DNA of 58,874 bases, the filler included, from Basidioascus undulatus (Eukaryota), in assembly GCA_000826855.1 (NCBI GenBank). It is 3 parts of 3 records of this genome, joined end to end, with 100 filler letters (N's around TTAATTAATTAA, not from the genome) between each part and the next. Parts side by side here need not be neighbours in the genome. Positions count along the whole stretch, not along the records: positions 1 to 19,564 come from JTLS01000411.1; 2 more parts are not named here. One strand, 5' to 3'. The notes beneath the pieces are model-generated. The model was not told the DNA's origin and made no database searches. It saw only the letters and a program-made list of their open reading frames with translations. This document shows, one piece after another, positions 1 to 13,182 of the stretch (positions are counted from its first letter, which is position 1; every line of letters begins with the position of its first letter). Both the position numbers and the translations under genes were made by a program.

Positions 1-383
1 CGGTCGAGACGTGAGGGGAAGAGGGAGTGTGAGGAGACAGGTGGTGTGTGAGATGGGAGTTGAGGATTCGGTTTTGAGGGATTTTTTTTTTGAAGGACTT
101 TTTTGGCCAGGACTGCTTGCGTCTCTCGCGCGTTTTTCCTTTTCCCTTTCCTTTTTTTCTTGTTTGCTGGATGCTGTTTACGACTCGTTTTTGCCCCATG
201 TACGCCGACGATGATTTGCCAACGATGATATTGTATGCACGCTTCTCGCGAAGTTGCATTGTCGCTTGCGCCGGGCCCGAGCAGGGGAGGAGCACAGCGA
301 AGCTCAGGTCAGATAGACCTCTGCACCCCAGCTCACGCAAGGCCAGCCAGTCTTGCCACGAGCGTAAAGCCTAGCAACATTGA

Positions 384-839
384 ATGATGGCCGGCATGAA
401 TTTTCAGGAAGCAAGACGAGGAGAAAGTAAAAAGAAAGAGAAAATCTGCCGTGACCGCGTCCTCCCCGACCCGACCGTCTCCCCCGCCGTCGACTTCCTC
501 CTCACCTCCCTCGTCACCCGCGCAGTCACCATCGCAAACCACCTCGGCCAGGATCTTGTCACCGCGAAGTACACCATCCTCTAGCCGAGGGTCGGCAGGC
601 AGTTCTCCGAGATCGAGATGAGCTCGGAGGGGAAGGAGACGGCAACGACGGGGAGGGGGACAGGCGTGCCGACAAGCTGGTTTTGGGATCGGGTTGGGGA
701 TGGAGAAGAGGTGGATCGATACGGAGGGGAGGGCGAGGAGGACGATTCTGGTCAAGGCGGGCGTGGCGCCGATTGCTTGAGAAGGGTGGTAGGGCTCACG
801 ACTGGACGATACCGAAAAAGCGGAGAACGTCTTGCTTGA
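384..839 (+). pseudogene. Possible degenerate coding fragment, function unknown
   Basis: ORFs 384-584 and 618-839 are in one frame, separated by a single TAG (582-584), with GC3-rich coding-like codons (DRVLPDPTVSPAVDFLLTSLVTRAVTIANHLG). No family recognised. Confidence 0.2.
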
Positions 840-2899
840 TATTGGGAGGGGTGGTGGATTATTGAAAGAATATGCCATGCATGCATGATGAAGACTCACT
901 CAAGTCGTGGTGTGCGTATGATCAAGAAGAGTGAAAGAGGATACCGGCAGAAACACTCCGCTCAAGGTCAGTGACGCGATGCAACTGCGAATGACGCCCC
1001 GCTGAGGCTCATGATCTCCGCCAAGAAGACTCGCAGATTTGACCAGGGCGTTTACAAATGGAATAAGTCGCTTTCCCGCCTTTTTTTTTATCCTCCCGGA
1101 GCCCATACCGAGCCCGGAAAACGTGGACAAGAGCTGCAAATCTGGATGAGGCCGCTCTGCGACAAACGCTGCCGCCGCCTCAGCCGCCCCTTCTTGTCAC
1201 CACCGTTGCAGCTTCTACACCATCTCCGTCTAGCTGTCCCTTTTCACCCAACATGCTCCCTCACACCCCGACGGGAGGACTGGGGATGAGGTCGAGCTCA
1301 GGCAGAAGTTCCTGGGGGTTGATGGTTCTGACTGACGGGCGCCTCTTCCCGTCGCGTCCAGCTCTGCTCGCGAGTAGCAGTTGGTAGCAGTTTCCCACCA
1401 ATTAGAATGATTTTATCCTTTTGTGCGGATGGTAGGGTAGACTGGTGCCTAGCGATAGGACCCTCTGCCGGCGATTGCAGTCTCCACAGTTGTCACGCTA
1501 AGGGTATTCCTGATGCACACACTCCGACAGTCTGTTCACTTGCCAAGGACTTCGATCTCACTTACTGCGGCAACCCATGAGGCAAACAAAGCAAGTGTGA
1601 GAAGAGGCCCCGTCGGAGAGGGGTTGTTCTGCAAGCTTCGACGAAGTTGAGCCACCCGGCCCCTGAGGGGAATAGGGCAAGTAGCATTAACAGAGTATTG
1701 CAGTACCTTTGGGAGCGTTTCGCTCGTTCAATACCGCCCACGCGGTGGTGGACTTCCCTTCGGGCTCGGTGGGACGCGCAATGCCCTCTAACTCACGTAA
1801 CACAACCTCCCCGAGCCCATCGGTGCCCAAGTTCCTGTGCTAGGAATACGGAGGGCTTCGCAGCAAGCATGGGAAAGCGTCGATTCGAGGGGATGCCCAT
1901 TGCACAGCTTTACTTTTCTTGCCAGAAGCAGGCTCGCGCATCGAAATTGAGCCATGCATACGGGTCTGGTGGGTTTGAACATGTTTTGGAAACGTCTTTA
2001 TTAGTATACCGCGTGAGGAAGACAGCCTCCCGGGCGTGGTGAATCTCACCCCTGTTATCGCGACTCGCTGAAGCACTCTCTGTCACAATCACGCCCGATA
2101 CGGACGTGTCCCAAAGCAATATAGGAACTAAGTATGTTTGACACTGTTTGGCCTTTGAAGGCATCATGAACTCCGGTCCTTGTTCAGACTAGCGGCATGT
2201 GCGCGGTAATCGCATAGAACAAGCAGGCAAAGACGTGAATCCAACTCCTCCCCAGCTACCCGGCGCGAGCCAGTATCTTCTCGGACCAGAAGCACCTGGT
2301 TATTTAAAGCTGATACGACAAATGAAACACGGCGAGGTCACGATGACAAAAAAGCAGTCGGAGCCATGTGCGGCGAAGAGGACGTGCAGTTTCACACAGT
2401 CTGGTGGCACTCTTCATCAGCGATATCACGATGCCTTATCGGGTACTTAAAGATAAACGTGCGCTTAAATTTCTCGTTCAATGATATTCTCTGAACGGTA
2501 AAGTAATCACGGAATCCACAAATGCACAGAAAGGGTTTGTTCATTCCAACACATGTCCAGCCGGAGTGCAGTCCACCACAGCGTACTGTGTGCGTCGCGC
2601 CCTATCGACACCGCTGCGAGGCTGCAGTTTCGAAGAGTCGGTCAACAAAGTGCAGTGAGCGATTCCCGCTAAGCAGCCTTGTACGGTCAAGTACACAGAC
2701 TCAAGCTGACGAAGCAGCAGCCGTCAGACGCGCCCGCCTGATGCCGTCGCATGGCACGTTCCAAGAGGACAGCAAGAACGAACTCGATTCAGATTTGGCT
2801 GCATTGAAAATGTGGTACAGGAGGGAAAAAGAGGGTCTGCACAGTGTAGGGCGGTCGAAGGAAAGACAGACGATGGGAGGTAGCGTAGAGGGGTAAACA

Positions 2900-3474
2900 A
2901 TGTCTTTCAGAGCTCCGAGTTTGCCCAGCGATGCGCGGCGCGTCAGCCTGCCTAGCTCAGGGCGCCTCGAAGTGGAGCGGTCTGGTTTGCGGGTTGAACG
3001 GTTCCGAACGGAACCAGCGACACCTCTAGTCAAGTCAATGTTTGCCAATTTCTGCGGAAACGTTTTAGTGACTTCTCGTTTGTGCCAGCAGCATGGGAAC
3101 CCGCTCAAAGTGGTGATATCTATCCCCGCAATCAATCAGACTTTGTCTTCCCCGAGGAGGGCAAGGAGTACGCCTTCGTGACTTTCGAGAAGCACGCCGA
3201 CGCGGAGGAAGCGTTGACGCTCTTCGACGGCTCGAACATCTGGGGCCGCAAACTCAGGGTCATGTGGACGAAGGATCAGCCGACAAAATTTTATTCTGCT
3301 CCTTTCGAGACCAATTGTAACTCTGGAGCGCGCGACAGCCTGGACAGGGCGGCTGCCCGGGAAGCGCAGGAGGACGTGGACGGCGTCGACTGCGAGCCGA
3401 GCGCGAGCGACTGTCCCATCGCGTCGCGAGCCTCGAGGGCGAGCTGCGCTCTTGCAGATACGGATGAAGCATGA
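2900..3474 (+). CDS. RRM (RNA recognition motif) protein, possibly degenerate
   Basis: RNP1 and downstream RRM motif GKEYAFVTFEKHADAEEALTLFDGSNIWGRKLRVMW (~3160-3270). The 5' exon structure does not splice cleanly by eye. Confidence 0.55.
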
Positions 3475-4953
3475 GGAGATGATTGCATTTGAGTACCCTC
3501 GGCTGGAAGTCGAAGAGGCGGACAGGCGTGTGAGTAAAGTGCGTTCACAGATCCTTTTTCCCAGGGCGCTTTCCAGCTGACGCGAGAGCATTGGAAGGAA
3601 ATCGAGCAGGCGACCAAGGGACGATATTTTGATAATAATCTGGCGGAGGTGTGCCTTGGGTACTCAGATACCGTAGCCGGAGCTGATCGTTGGAAGCGCA
3701 CCAGGGTCACAGAAGTGGACGCCACCTGGCAGGCGTTGCGGATGCTTAAGCACCCGCTTGAGCGCGTGAAAGAGTAGATACCTCTGACATTGCGTTCCAT
3801 GCATCGGTTCCCCATCATCAGCACAAGCATGATACTGGACCTACAAACGTGTGTCGGAGAACGAAAGCTGAGCTGTCCGCCACGACGCGCTGTGCTCGCA
3901 ATGTGACATGCTCATTACCTGACCCAAAAACATCTGCAGTGAGGTGTCTGGATCCTGAAACACCAAAGTATGTAATGCACCGAAGGAACAGTTAGCGGAA
4001 TCTAAGGGGAGGGGAGACAACGCGGCCAGGAGCTTACCCAGGAGGGGACCACTCAAGCCCCCGATAGTTGTCTGAGCGCAACCAACTTCTTCAAAGAAAC
4101 GTTGAATGCTATTATTTGTGCATATTTTGGGAACGATTTCCAACCTACAATGCACGGTGAACCGAGGGTACGGTCGCTGCACAGTTCTGGAGCCGGAGCT
4201 GGGCAGTGTAGCGCCTGCATTTGCTCGCACCCTGTTCGATGCTGAAAGCTTGGCCCATAGTATTTGGTCAAAAGGCTCCCATGATTCCTTGTAACTTCAG
4301 ACCAATACAAGCCCGTGCCAGGCAGCCCTGGCTGGGTCCCGCTCTGTACATCGGTTCGCAGCGATGGCCGACTGCCCAGACAGGGTACGCTCCCTGAAGA
4401 CAGATTGTCTGAAAACCTCTATCGAATGCCATACCATATTTTTGCATGCTTTCGGTCATTATGAAGCGTTGGCTCCAGCTGAGGTTTTGTGTGCCCGGCG
4501 GCGCGGCGCAGCGTGCGGCAGTCCGTCACTGCAGCCCACTTCTTTGGTGGAGCGTCCGCTTTCCAACAAAATTTAAGTGGTGTCCATCCTAGGAACCCCC
4601 TTATCTGTGCTGCAATGCCCTGTAGACAAGTTGTTGCTGCTTTGATCATTTGGTGAGGAGCAGCGTGACAACTCGAGGGGTGAAAAATCCTACCAATGTC
4701 AAACTAATCAACGATACTTCCAAATCCCCCCCCCCCTCTTTTCTCTCCACCGAGAAAAGGTAGTATTTTAAATTTCCACATAAGTATACCTTGAAAGCTG
4801 ACCATCATTGCCTGCCACGGATCACAGGAACTGCAGGCCAGTCAGTACACGTCATCTGGAAACGCCTCGAGGACGCGCTCTCCGTTCGCAGCCCGCGTCT
4901 TCTCCTCTCGCCCTCACCGCCTTCCCGCCCATCGCGGCGCACCTCATCTCACC

Positions 4954-5910
4954 AGTCCGTAGCACAGGCTATCAGTTATTTCTTCGCAGCATACTGACAA
5001 TTACTCCATCTCCCCGAAGTGCATCTCGCCCTGCTCCTCCTGCTCGCCATCCTCTTCACCGACCTGCTCGCCTCCCTCTCGCCCGACACGATCCTCTCCT
5101 TCTTCTACCCGATCTACCAGCGCCTCTTCCTGCGCGCCGAAGTCGCCGAGCAGCGGCGGCTCAAGCGCGAGTACTTCGAGGCCAAGCGCGACAAGGAGCG
5201 CACCTCGTCCCAGGACGAGTTCTCCAAGTGGGCCAAGCTGGACAGGAAGGTCTCCAAGACCCGAGAGCAAATAAAAGAGATCGGTATGCTCTTTACCATC
5301 TCCCTTGCTTGGGAATAGTTTATGGACTCCGCTGGTGCTCTGCAGATGCCTCCCTGAACGCCGCCCGCCCCGCGCTCTCCGCCGCCCTGCGCGCCTTCCT
5401 CTTTGGTTTTCCGCACATCGCCTCTTTCGCCCTGACGACTTACTACCGCAAGTCGCCCGTCTTCTACCTCCCGCCTGGGTGGTTCGGTCCCTTCGAGTAC
5501 ATTCTTGCGCTGCCCAGCGCGCCGAGAGGTGCGTGTGCTCTTGGAGCCCCATGTTGATGGATACAGGTGGAGCTGATGGAACGGACCGGGGCGGCACGTG
5601 TATGGCTAGGCGCGGTGAGCGCCACGGCGTGGTCGATGGTCTGCAAGAGGATGATCAAGTACATCAAGACTGTCATTCTGAACATCTGGTCCGCCTTGCG
5701 TTCAGGTGCGTACATGTCACATTGCGTCTCCTTCCACCACCTTCCCACATCCCTCTGTCACCTCGCTCACCTACCCCTTCTTCAGATCCGTCCAAGACCC
5801 AAGCATCGAAGGAGAAGGATAAGGTCCCGGTCGCCGTCCCCGTGTCGGACGAGAAGGCGGGTAGCAGACCCGAATCTCCACCGCCCGCTTCTTCAGCGCA
5901 GGAGTTATGA
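4954..5910 (+). CDS. GET1: Guided entry of tail-anchored proteins factor 1 (Get1/WRB, CHD5-like), multi-exon
   Basis: N-terminal TM segment, coiled coil with TSSQDEFSKWAKLDRK, and [36 protein letters not shown]. The start codon forms by splicing A(4954) to TG(5020-5021); stop TGA 5908-5910. Confidence 0.9.
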
Positions 5911-6365
5911 GTTCTTTTGGAGACGATTTCAAGGGGTCTTGGGCTTGTGTAACAACAGAAGACGCATTTTGCATATTCGCTGCTGCCGCATGACTAGGTT
6001 GTCTGCTGCGTGGCTGCGCTGAGGGCTGCCGATCTCCCCCAGCCTAGCTCGCGAAACATGCTCGGTTCGCGGAACGAACCTTTAGAGCTTCATTGTATTG
6101 CAGTTCTGAGCTTAGTAGCCGAGCAAAGGTGACAGGCTGGATTCCGTATCACACCCTTGATATTAGACGGCACTGCAGCCACATGCGCGACAGACTGCAA
6201 GCAAGCAAGCGCTCTTTTCTCGGCATTGTACAAGGAACACGAGCACCTTCCAACTCTCCAACCCACACCAAGAGTCCTATAGATACTTGCCCGCATCCCG
6301 TCTCTTTATCAGCGGACCGTCTTCAGCCTTCCCTCTTCCCCATTTAGTCGCGAACTCACATCACA

Positions 6366-9300
6366 TCAGAACCCAGAGCTGGCGCGGATGACCTCGAGCT
6401 TCTTGAGGATCTCCGCCGTCGTACGGTCCAGCTCGGCTGCGATTTGCTGCTGCTTGGTCGTCGGCAGAAGCGCGTACATCTCACAGAGGTCGCCGTCGAC
6501 GACCGACTTGACGGGCGCGTAGTAGCCGCGGTAAAGCAGATGGTCGCGCCCGACGAGCGACGGTGCTTCGGTGCGCATGTGCATCTGGGAGCGGGTGCAT
6601 GTCATCGGTCAGTTCGGGGAGAAGTGGACAGAAAGTGAATGAGAACTCACCTCGAGCGTGCTCAAGAACTCGACGTCCTCCTTGCTCACGAACGGCACGA
6701 CCATGCCGATCGTCCCGTGCAGCCCAGTGTACACCACGACGCCCCGCCCACCGGGGACGAGACTCGCCTTCTGCACGCTCGTGATTAGGTCGCCGACATT
6801 GTAGTGCGCGAGCATGCGCGTCTTGTTCGGCGCGCCCATGAGGTATCCCTTGGCGTGGACGATGCCTGCGCCCGTCGGGTCGTCGTCGACCGACTCGGAC
6901 ACGTCAGCGTCAAGGCGGTTCACGAAGATGTTGCCGAACTTGTCGCCCACCGCGACCGTGTCGTAGTCGACCATCGTCATCGCCGTCACCCAGCGCGGTG
7001 ACGTGTCGTCCGCGAAGACGAGCAGCCGGTTATCGGGCGCCTTGTACACTGCGTACAGCACCGACTCCGCCTGGTCGCCGACGACGATGCGGGACCCTTG
7101 AGTCTCCAAAGAGACGATGGCGGTGGGGAAGGACTGGGCGTGGGCGGGCATCAGCCGCTTGGACAGGTTATCAGCTGCGTCGAAAGCACAACGCACCTTG
7201 TTCTCGCACTTGCGCAACAGCTTCTTCTTGCCCATCTCGTATATCCGCAGTGCCTTCCCGATACCAGCCACCAACCGCCCTTGGAACGCCATGAGCACGA
7301 GCGGGACGTCGTCGATCTCCGTCTACCAGACGCTCTCTGTCAGCCATTCTGCAGCGAAGCAGCAGAGCACAGCAGCAGAAATGACGCACCTTGTGCAGCA
7401 GCTCCAAATTACGCCCATCGTCCGTAACCCGGTACGTCCGCAAGAATGCTGCTGAACACGTCCGCGGGGAGATGAGCGTGTCCTTCGCGGTACCAACGAC
7501 GAGATGCGGCTCGTTGTTGGCGGTGGAGAAGGGGACGACGGCGAGAGAAAAGGCAGCCTCGTTGTCCTCGAGGTCGAGTTGAGCGAGGGATTCGACCTGC
7601 GGAGAGAAAGGGTGTGAGTGGCTTGCTTTTCACTTCGCGTGACCAATCGAGCGCCCACTTACCGCAATAGGATCAATCACGCGCACGCAGGACGCCCAAT
7701 GCCCGGCAGGCGCCTTGACGAGGCCGAACTGATCTGGCGGCAGTTCAAGGATGTCGGTGTCGATCCGCTCGCCGCGAGCGGCCTGCGAAACAAACTCGCA
7801 TCAGCCTGCTGCTGTGCGGATCTTCCGAGCTTCCGCTTGAAACGCACCTTGTCCTTGAGCAGCCGCTCTTGGGTATGCGGGGAGAGCGTCCGGTGCTCGG
7901 ACTCGATGATATAGAAGAGGGGCTTGGACGGGTGGGAGACGAACTTGCGGGGGGTGAAGGAGAGGGGGATGACGTCCTGCTTGAGCTTCTGCCCAAGGCG
8001 AGGGATGGTGAAGATGCTACGGGAGAGATCGAGTCAGTAATGGGGGGAGCGCCTGTTGCAAAGCCACGTCGGACGCACCGGAGGGTAGAGCCGGTGATGC
8101 CGATGAGACCGTCAGGGCAGAGCTCGGCGGAGAAGCTGTGCGCGTGGTCGAGCGGCTCGAAGATGAGGGGCGTGAAGTGGAGGAGGTTGTGGTGCGAGTA
8201 GTTGAGCCATGAGCGGGACGACAAGCCGAGAACGGCGGGCGAGCCCTGGACGGCGACGCGATGCAGCTTGACCGGCCGCGACCCCAGGAAGCTACAACCA
8301 CCCCACACGAATCAGCTGAACTACCCTCGGGCAGAGGTTCTGATGAGACGCACCGTGTTCGGGTGTCGGTAAGCTGCCCGTTGATGGGGTCGAGCACAGT
8401 GCGGAGGAGGACGCCGTTCTGCAGACCGATGTTGACGAAGAGGGTGGGGTGGTGCTTGTCAATACTCGCGTCGACGATCTCGGCGACACAAATCGACGAC
8501 GGCTGCGCCGTAAGGGCCTGCAGTTGAGCGTGTCAGCAAAAGTCTGGCTTTAATAGGGCCGCACAAACGCACCTGGATGGAGATGGTGTCGAGCGTGCTG
8601 TCGGGATCCAAGGAGATGATGCGGACCGTTTGGTCATCGCAGCCGACAGCCTTAAGAAGAATGCGTTCAGCGCCAGTCTTCAGGACGGGAAAAGCCTCAT
8701 CAGCGCACCAGATACGGCGTGCGTTGCCTCCCCTCCGGCACCTCACCCACGCTAAGCGCCAGCACGCCCGCGCCCATGTCCTTCCTCTCCTGGTACTCGT
8801 TCAGCTGGCCCTCCATGTCCAGCTCGAAGTAGACGAGCTCCCTGCTGCTGAGCGCGACGACGACCTGACGCTTGTTGGTGGTCGCGGCGACGATCGTGCG
8901 GTTCGCGGGGACGCGCCACTCGTTGACGCGCCTGTCGGCGAGGACGTGGCGGATGCCGTGTGGGTGGACCTGGAGGAGCGCGTCCGCGCCGAGCTGCTGA
9001 ACCGCGAGCGTCGGCGCGGACGAGAGGAAGCCTGTGTCCGAGACTTCCTCAATCGTCTCGCCGATGGAGAGGACGAGCGTGCCGTTCACGAATGACAGGA
9101 CGATGTACGAGTCGTGCTCGTCGTCTTCGCGAAGCTTGGTCGTCCAGACTGCGTTGGGCGGCGCGGGGAGGTCGGAGGAGACAGCCTCGACGACCTCGAG
9201 ACCGTGCCGGAGCACGCGGAACGTCGAGCGCGGGCCGCGGCCACAGGCGGTGTAGAACTGCGGCGTGTCGGTGTTCATGAGGTTGAGGACCTTCGCGTCG

Positions 9301-10963
9301 AGAATCGGGTCCAGCGAGTCGATCTCGTCCGTGGGGACGAGGTTCTCGAGCGGCCGGGGAGTGAAGTACGCGCGCGGGATCGGCAACGGGTCCTCGGAGG
9401 ACGGCATGCCGTTGTTGGGGTAGGAAGCAGAGGAGAACTCGAGCTCTTCGTCGTCGTCGCCGAGCTTCTGGAACTGGTAGAGGTGCCTGCAAGAGACAAA
9501 TGCTTGTCAGGACTCCTCGCGCTGTCAGCTGACCAATAGACGCACTGGTTGCCGAACTCGCTCGCCACGAAGAGGAAGCCGCTCTTCAGAATGCAGAGGC
9601 TGTTCGCGACCGGGACGGTGTCGAAGTACTTGATCCGCAGGCTAACGACGTCCTCGTTCTCGTGCTCGATCGTGACCTTGAACAGATCGCCCTCCTCGCT
9701 TTGCAACAAGAAGAAGAATGCGCCCTGCATGAGACCGCCATCCGTTCAGTCACGATGCTTCTGCGGCTGCCGGAGTGAACGCTGAACGCACCTTCATCTT
9801 GTGCATCACAGCCGACACGATGATCACACCCCGCTCCTTCTCCTCCAGCGGATGCCGACGCCGAGGAATCGGCACGCGATGCTGCGGCGCCTCCGGGCGC
9901 TTCCAGATAATGTAGTCTTCGCAGCAGACGAGAACGCCAGACGGGCCGTCGAACTTGTCGGACGTCGCCGATTGACCACCGGGCACTGCGAGCAGACTCG
10001 AGAATGAGCAATGCTCCTCAGACGCCTATTGCGGTTTCAGAACTCACCCTGAACAAGAAGATTGGCTCGAGCATCCGTCGGCTCAGACCATTTTCGCACG
10101 ACGTGGTTCAGCCCGAGGTCGAGCTCGTAGAACGTGAGCATCTGGTTTGAGGAGATGAATGAGTCCATGTTCCCCTTCCCTGAGATATAACTGTGAGCGC
10201 ACCTTTTCCGCGTTGTTGAACGCCTCGCCCGTCGGATCCTGGTCCACCTCGTCGTAGTCCACCTCCAGCGCCGCGTACATCGGGTTGTCGAAGCCCACGT
10301 CCACGCCGACGATGTGCTGGATGATGGCGTGGTTCTTGTGCGCCTCGAGCGGCGAGCTGATCGTCAGGTTGGCCGCCGCGTCGCGGTTGAGGATGTACAC
10401 GAGCTTCGCCTTCTCGAGCGCCGCGACCATGACGGACCGCCCCTTCGGGTCCGTCGCGAGCATCTGCCCCGGAACGATGCGGCGCGAGCCCGACTTGCCG
10501 AACGTCTCCTGGTGGAGCTTGTTGAAGATGTTGGTCTTCGGGTCGTACTCGAGGATGACGAGGCGACCGGAGTCGGAGCCGATGATGATGTAGTCTGCGG
10601 GAAGTATTTCAGCATATTCATCTCCAGCTTCATGAAACGCGCCATCATATCCTCCCGCCAGGGCCCCCTGCCACCATTCCAGCACCTTCGCACCCCACCC
10701 TTCAATCCCCTGAGACCACACGGAAGTCGCTGCTCACCTTTGCTGCCGCCCGTCAGCCTAAACGGCGCGATTGACCGGATCGTCCCGAACACATCATGCG
10801 CCAGCACCGTGGACACCTTGCCCGTCGACGTATCGGGCTTGAGGAGCTCGATGCGAGTCCCCCGAGCAACAATGATCTCCTGCTGACGCGCGCCGCTGAA
10901 CTGGCCGACCGCGGCCTGCGTGATGGCGGTCGGCGACTGGAGGGTGAGGTTGTAGAGGTGCAT
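6366..10963 (-). CDS. RSE1: Pre-mRNA splicing factor Rse1 / SF3B3 (SAP130), multi-exon
   Basis: Begins [24 protein letters not shown]; contains [44 protein letters not shown] and [11 protein letters not shown], and ends [28 protein letters not shown] introns join the pieces. Confidence 0.97.
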
Positions 10964-11760
10964 GGCGGCGTGTAGAGAGGGTAAAGGGGTGTAAAGCTGT
11001 ACAATGCCACAGGCGGCTGCTGTGAGCCTCTGCGAAAGTTGCGCGAAGAAGACGAAGGCGACGGACGGGTGAAGCGGGTCGCCTAGGCCAGCTCAGGCGC
11101 GCAGAGCGGGGTCCAGCCGGTGCGCCGAGTATGAGGAGGAGTTTCTCAGGAAATTGGAGAAGCGAAAGGTCAGTGGCGAGGAGGACGAGCTGAGCGGGCG
11201 CGGCGAGCTGATGAGCGTCGAAGGCAACTCGCGCGGCGGCGAGGAGGGCGAGATGAAGACGCGCACCTCATACCTAGTTGGCTTTAGTATGGCAATGCTC
11301 GCAGTGTCAACTTTCCGCGTTGCGAGACCAGTATAGTTTTCTGTTTTTTTGCAGCACACCAATTACTGCACCTTTACCAGGAAACAAAAGCAAAATAAGG
11401 GTGTCTCCCTACCGGATTCGAACTCTTGAATGGTCTGGCTGCATCCGTCGGTTCATCGACTGCCCCAGAGGCGGCAGTGCCTGAGGTGAGAGTTTATCTG
11501 ATTGGGGCAAGATGACAAGTGGCAAAAGTTAGTGAAAAGAAGGTGGACATAGGCTAGCAGAAGTGGGGTGAGGGTCGGGTAATAGTCGATTCGATGCTAT
11601 ACAGCACCCAACGCTGGCAGAGGTGCAGGCGTGACTCTCACACAGCAACAGTTAGTGTCCAAGCTCAGCATGGTATTGGGTATTACTTGTTCAAAATCAT
11701 CTGAACCTTACTATCCTCCCTTCTCCGTACAAGCAGGCTGAGTCAAGAGTCGCCATGCAT

Positions 11761-12374
11761 CTACCACATCCGCGTGGCCTGCTTCGGGAGACGATCCGCC
11801 CGCTTGTTGATCCTCCTTCGAAACCTTCCAAATGCTAATCCTCCCACCATTTGTGCGGTCCTCCCACACATCCTTAAGGGCCTCCAACTTCCTCCAGAGG
11901 TCGGCATTCCTGACGGGCTTGCCGTTCGCATTCTCCCAGTCGTTCTCCCGCCAGTCGTGCCAATGCGTATTCCACCCCTCCGCTGGGTAGCTGGAATTGC
12001 AGTATAGTATGAGGCGTCTGGGTTTATGCCGGTGTTGGAACAACAAGGGGAATACGGAGAGCATCGTGGCGACCGAAGCGATGCCCAGCGTGCAGCTCGG
12101 CACGAGGTGCGGTTGCATCAGTCGGCGGCAGATGTTGTAGCGGGACGGAATTTCGTCCAGATGTTGAGGGAATGTTCAGACATTCAAAACGTACTACGTA
12201 AAAGGCACAGCCGGGAAGTTTACCGTCGTCTGGAAGACGTCTGGCCCCGAAGAACACTCCAAACCCGGCCACAGCGTCGTCCTGCCCGTTGTTGCTGCAG
12301 GCTCTATCGATGCGGACGACGAGGCATCCAGACGAGTCGTAGTGGGCCATATCAACGTCCTCCAGGGCTGGCAT
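11761..12374 (-). pseudogene. RNase HI-family (Dikarya-like) gene with two frameshifts
   Basis: Motifs in order: LVVRIDRACSNNG, AGFGVFFG, RAELHA, LYCNSSY, WRENDWENANGKPVRNADLW, WKVSKE-INKRADRL. The frame is restored by removing single extra bases at ~12085 and ~11812. Confidence 0.8.
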
Positions 12375-13182
12375 CCCTTTGTCTCGTATTGCGGTGGTTC
12401 AGGTCCATCGCTCAGCCTGATTCCTACACCTCCATGGATTTCCACTCGATCACGCTCGATCACCTGAATCCGAACCTTCAGAGCCTTCAGCTATTTTCGC
12501 GCACCAACCAAGGGATTTTTTCGCCACACTCATGCCATATTCTTGCTCTACGCTGTCAAAAGCCAAGAGGGACCGCGGGACTCGAACAATGCGGCTTTCG
12601 AGACCCGTTATGCAACATTTTGATGCCCCTGAAGTCGCATGCGCCGAATATTGAGCGACTAGCCATGACCATGTTCCAGACCCGGAGGCTTGGGACCTTT
12701 CCACCGACCTCGTCGCGCATCTCCCCAGCCTCAAAGAGCTTCATTCGGACATATATGGTGGTGTTTTCTTCAACCGTCCCGCCAGTCATGCTACAAGTCT
12801 TTCGCATACGAAAACGCTGTTCGCTCACTTTCTGTAGTTGGGGCGTTGTTGCGTGTACGACACATCTCAAACATAGTCATTACTGTGATGGGGGACTGGT
12901 ACGTCGTGGGCCGTCCGCTCGACGGCATTCAGCACCTCGTCAACAGGCTCCCAGCCCTGCAGCAGATCACCTTGGATGCCGGTGAAAGCGGGTTCTAACA
13001 GCCAGCTCCAAGCAACCTTCAAACGGCGCCTGCCCGATCTCTTCCATGAACCTCACCGTGTAAGGCTAGTCACGATCGAGGCACTGTGGTATGAGAGGCA
13101 AGTCGCAGACGGCCCAGTATGGGAATGGGGCAGCGCTGAAGGGTCTTTCGCTGGAACGGTGGCGAACGGCGTTCGCAATTGA
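12365..13182 (+). pseudogene. F-box-like/LRR-like family paralogue, copy A (5'-truncated, frameshifted)
   Basis: LASLCLVLRWFRSIAQP, LKSHAPNIERLAMT, LPALQQITL and ERQVADGPVWEW match blocks in the copies at 15.6-16.4 kb and 18.2-18.9 kb. Confidence 0.65.

Noticed and set aside
582..584. In-frame stops (here and in the CYP stub) as evidence of codon reassignment or readthrough
   Set aside because: Conserved genes end normally in TAA, TAG and TGA, and the in-frame stops occur only in doubtful or degenerate fragments.
6444..10886. Long plus-strand ORFs antisense to RSE1 (similar ones opposite ORC1, the MAPK and GAB1)
   Set aside because: Shadow ORFs produced by GC3-rich codon usage; no motifs or independent splice structure.
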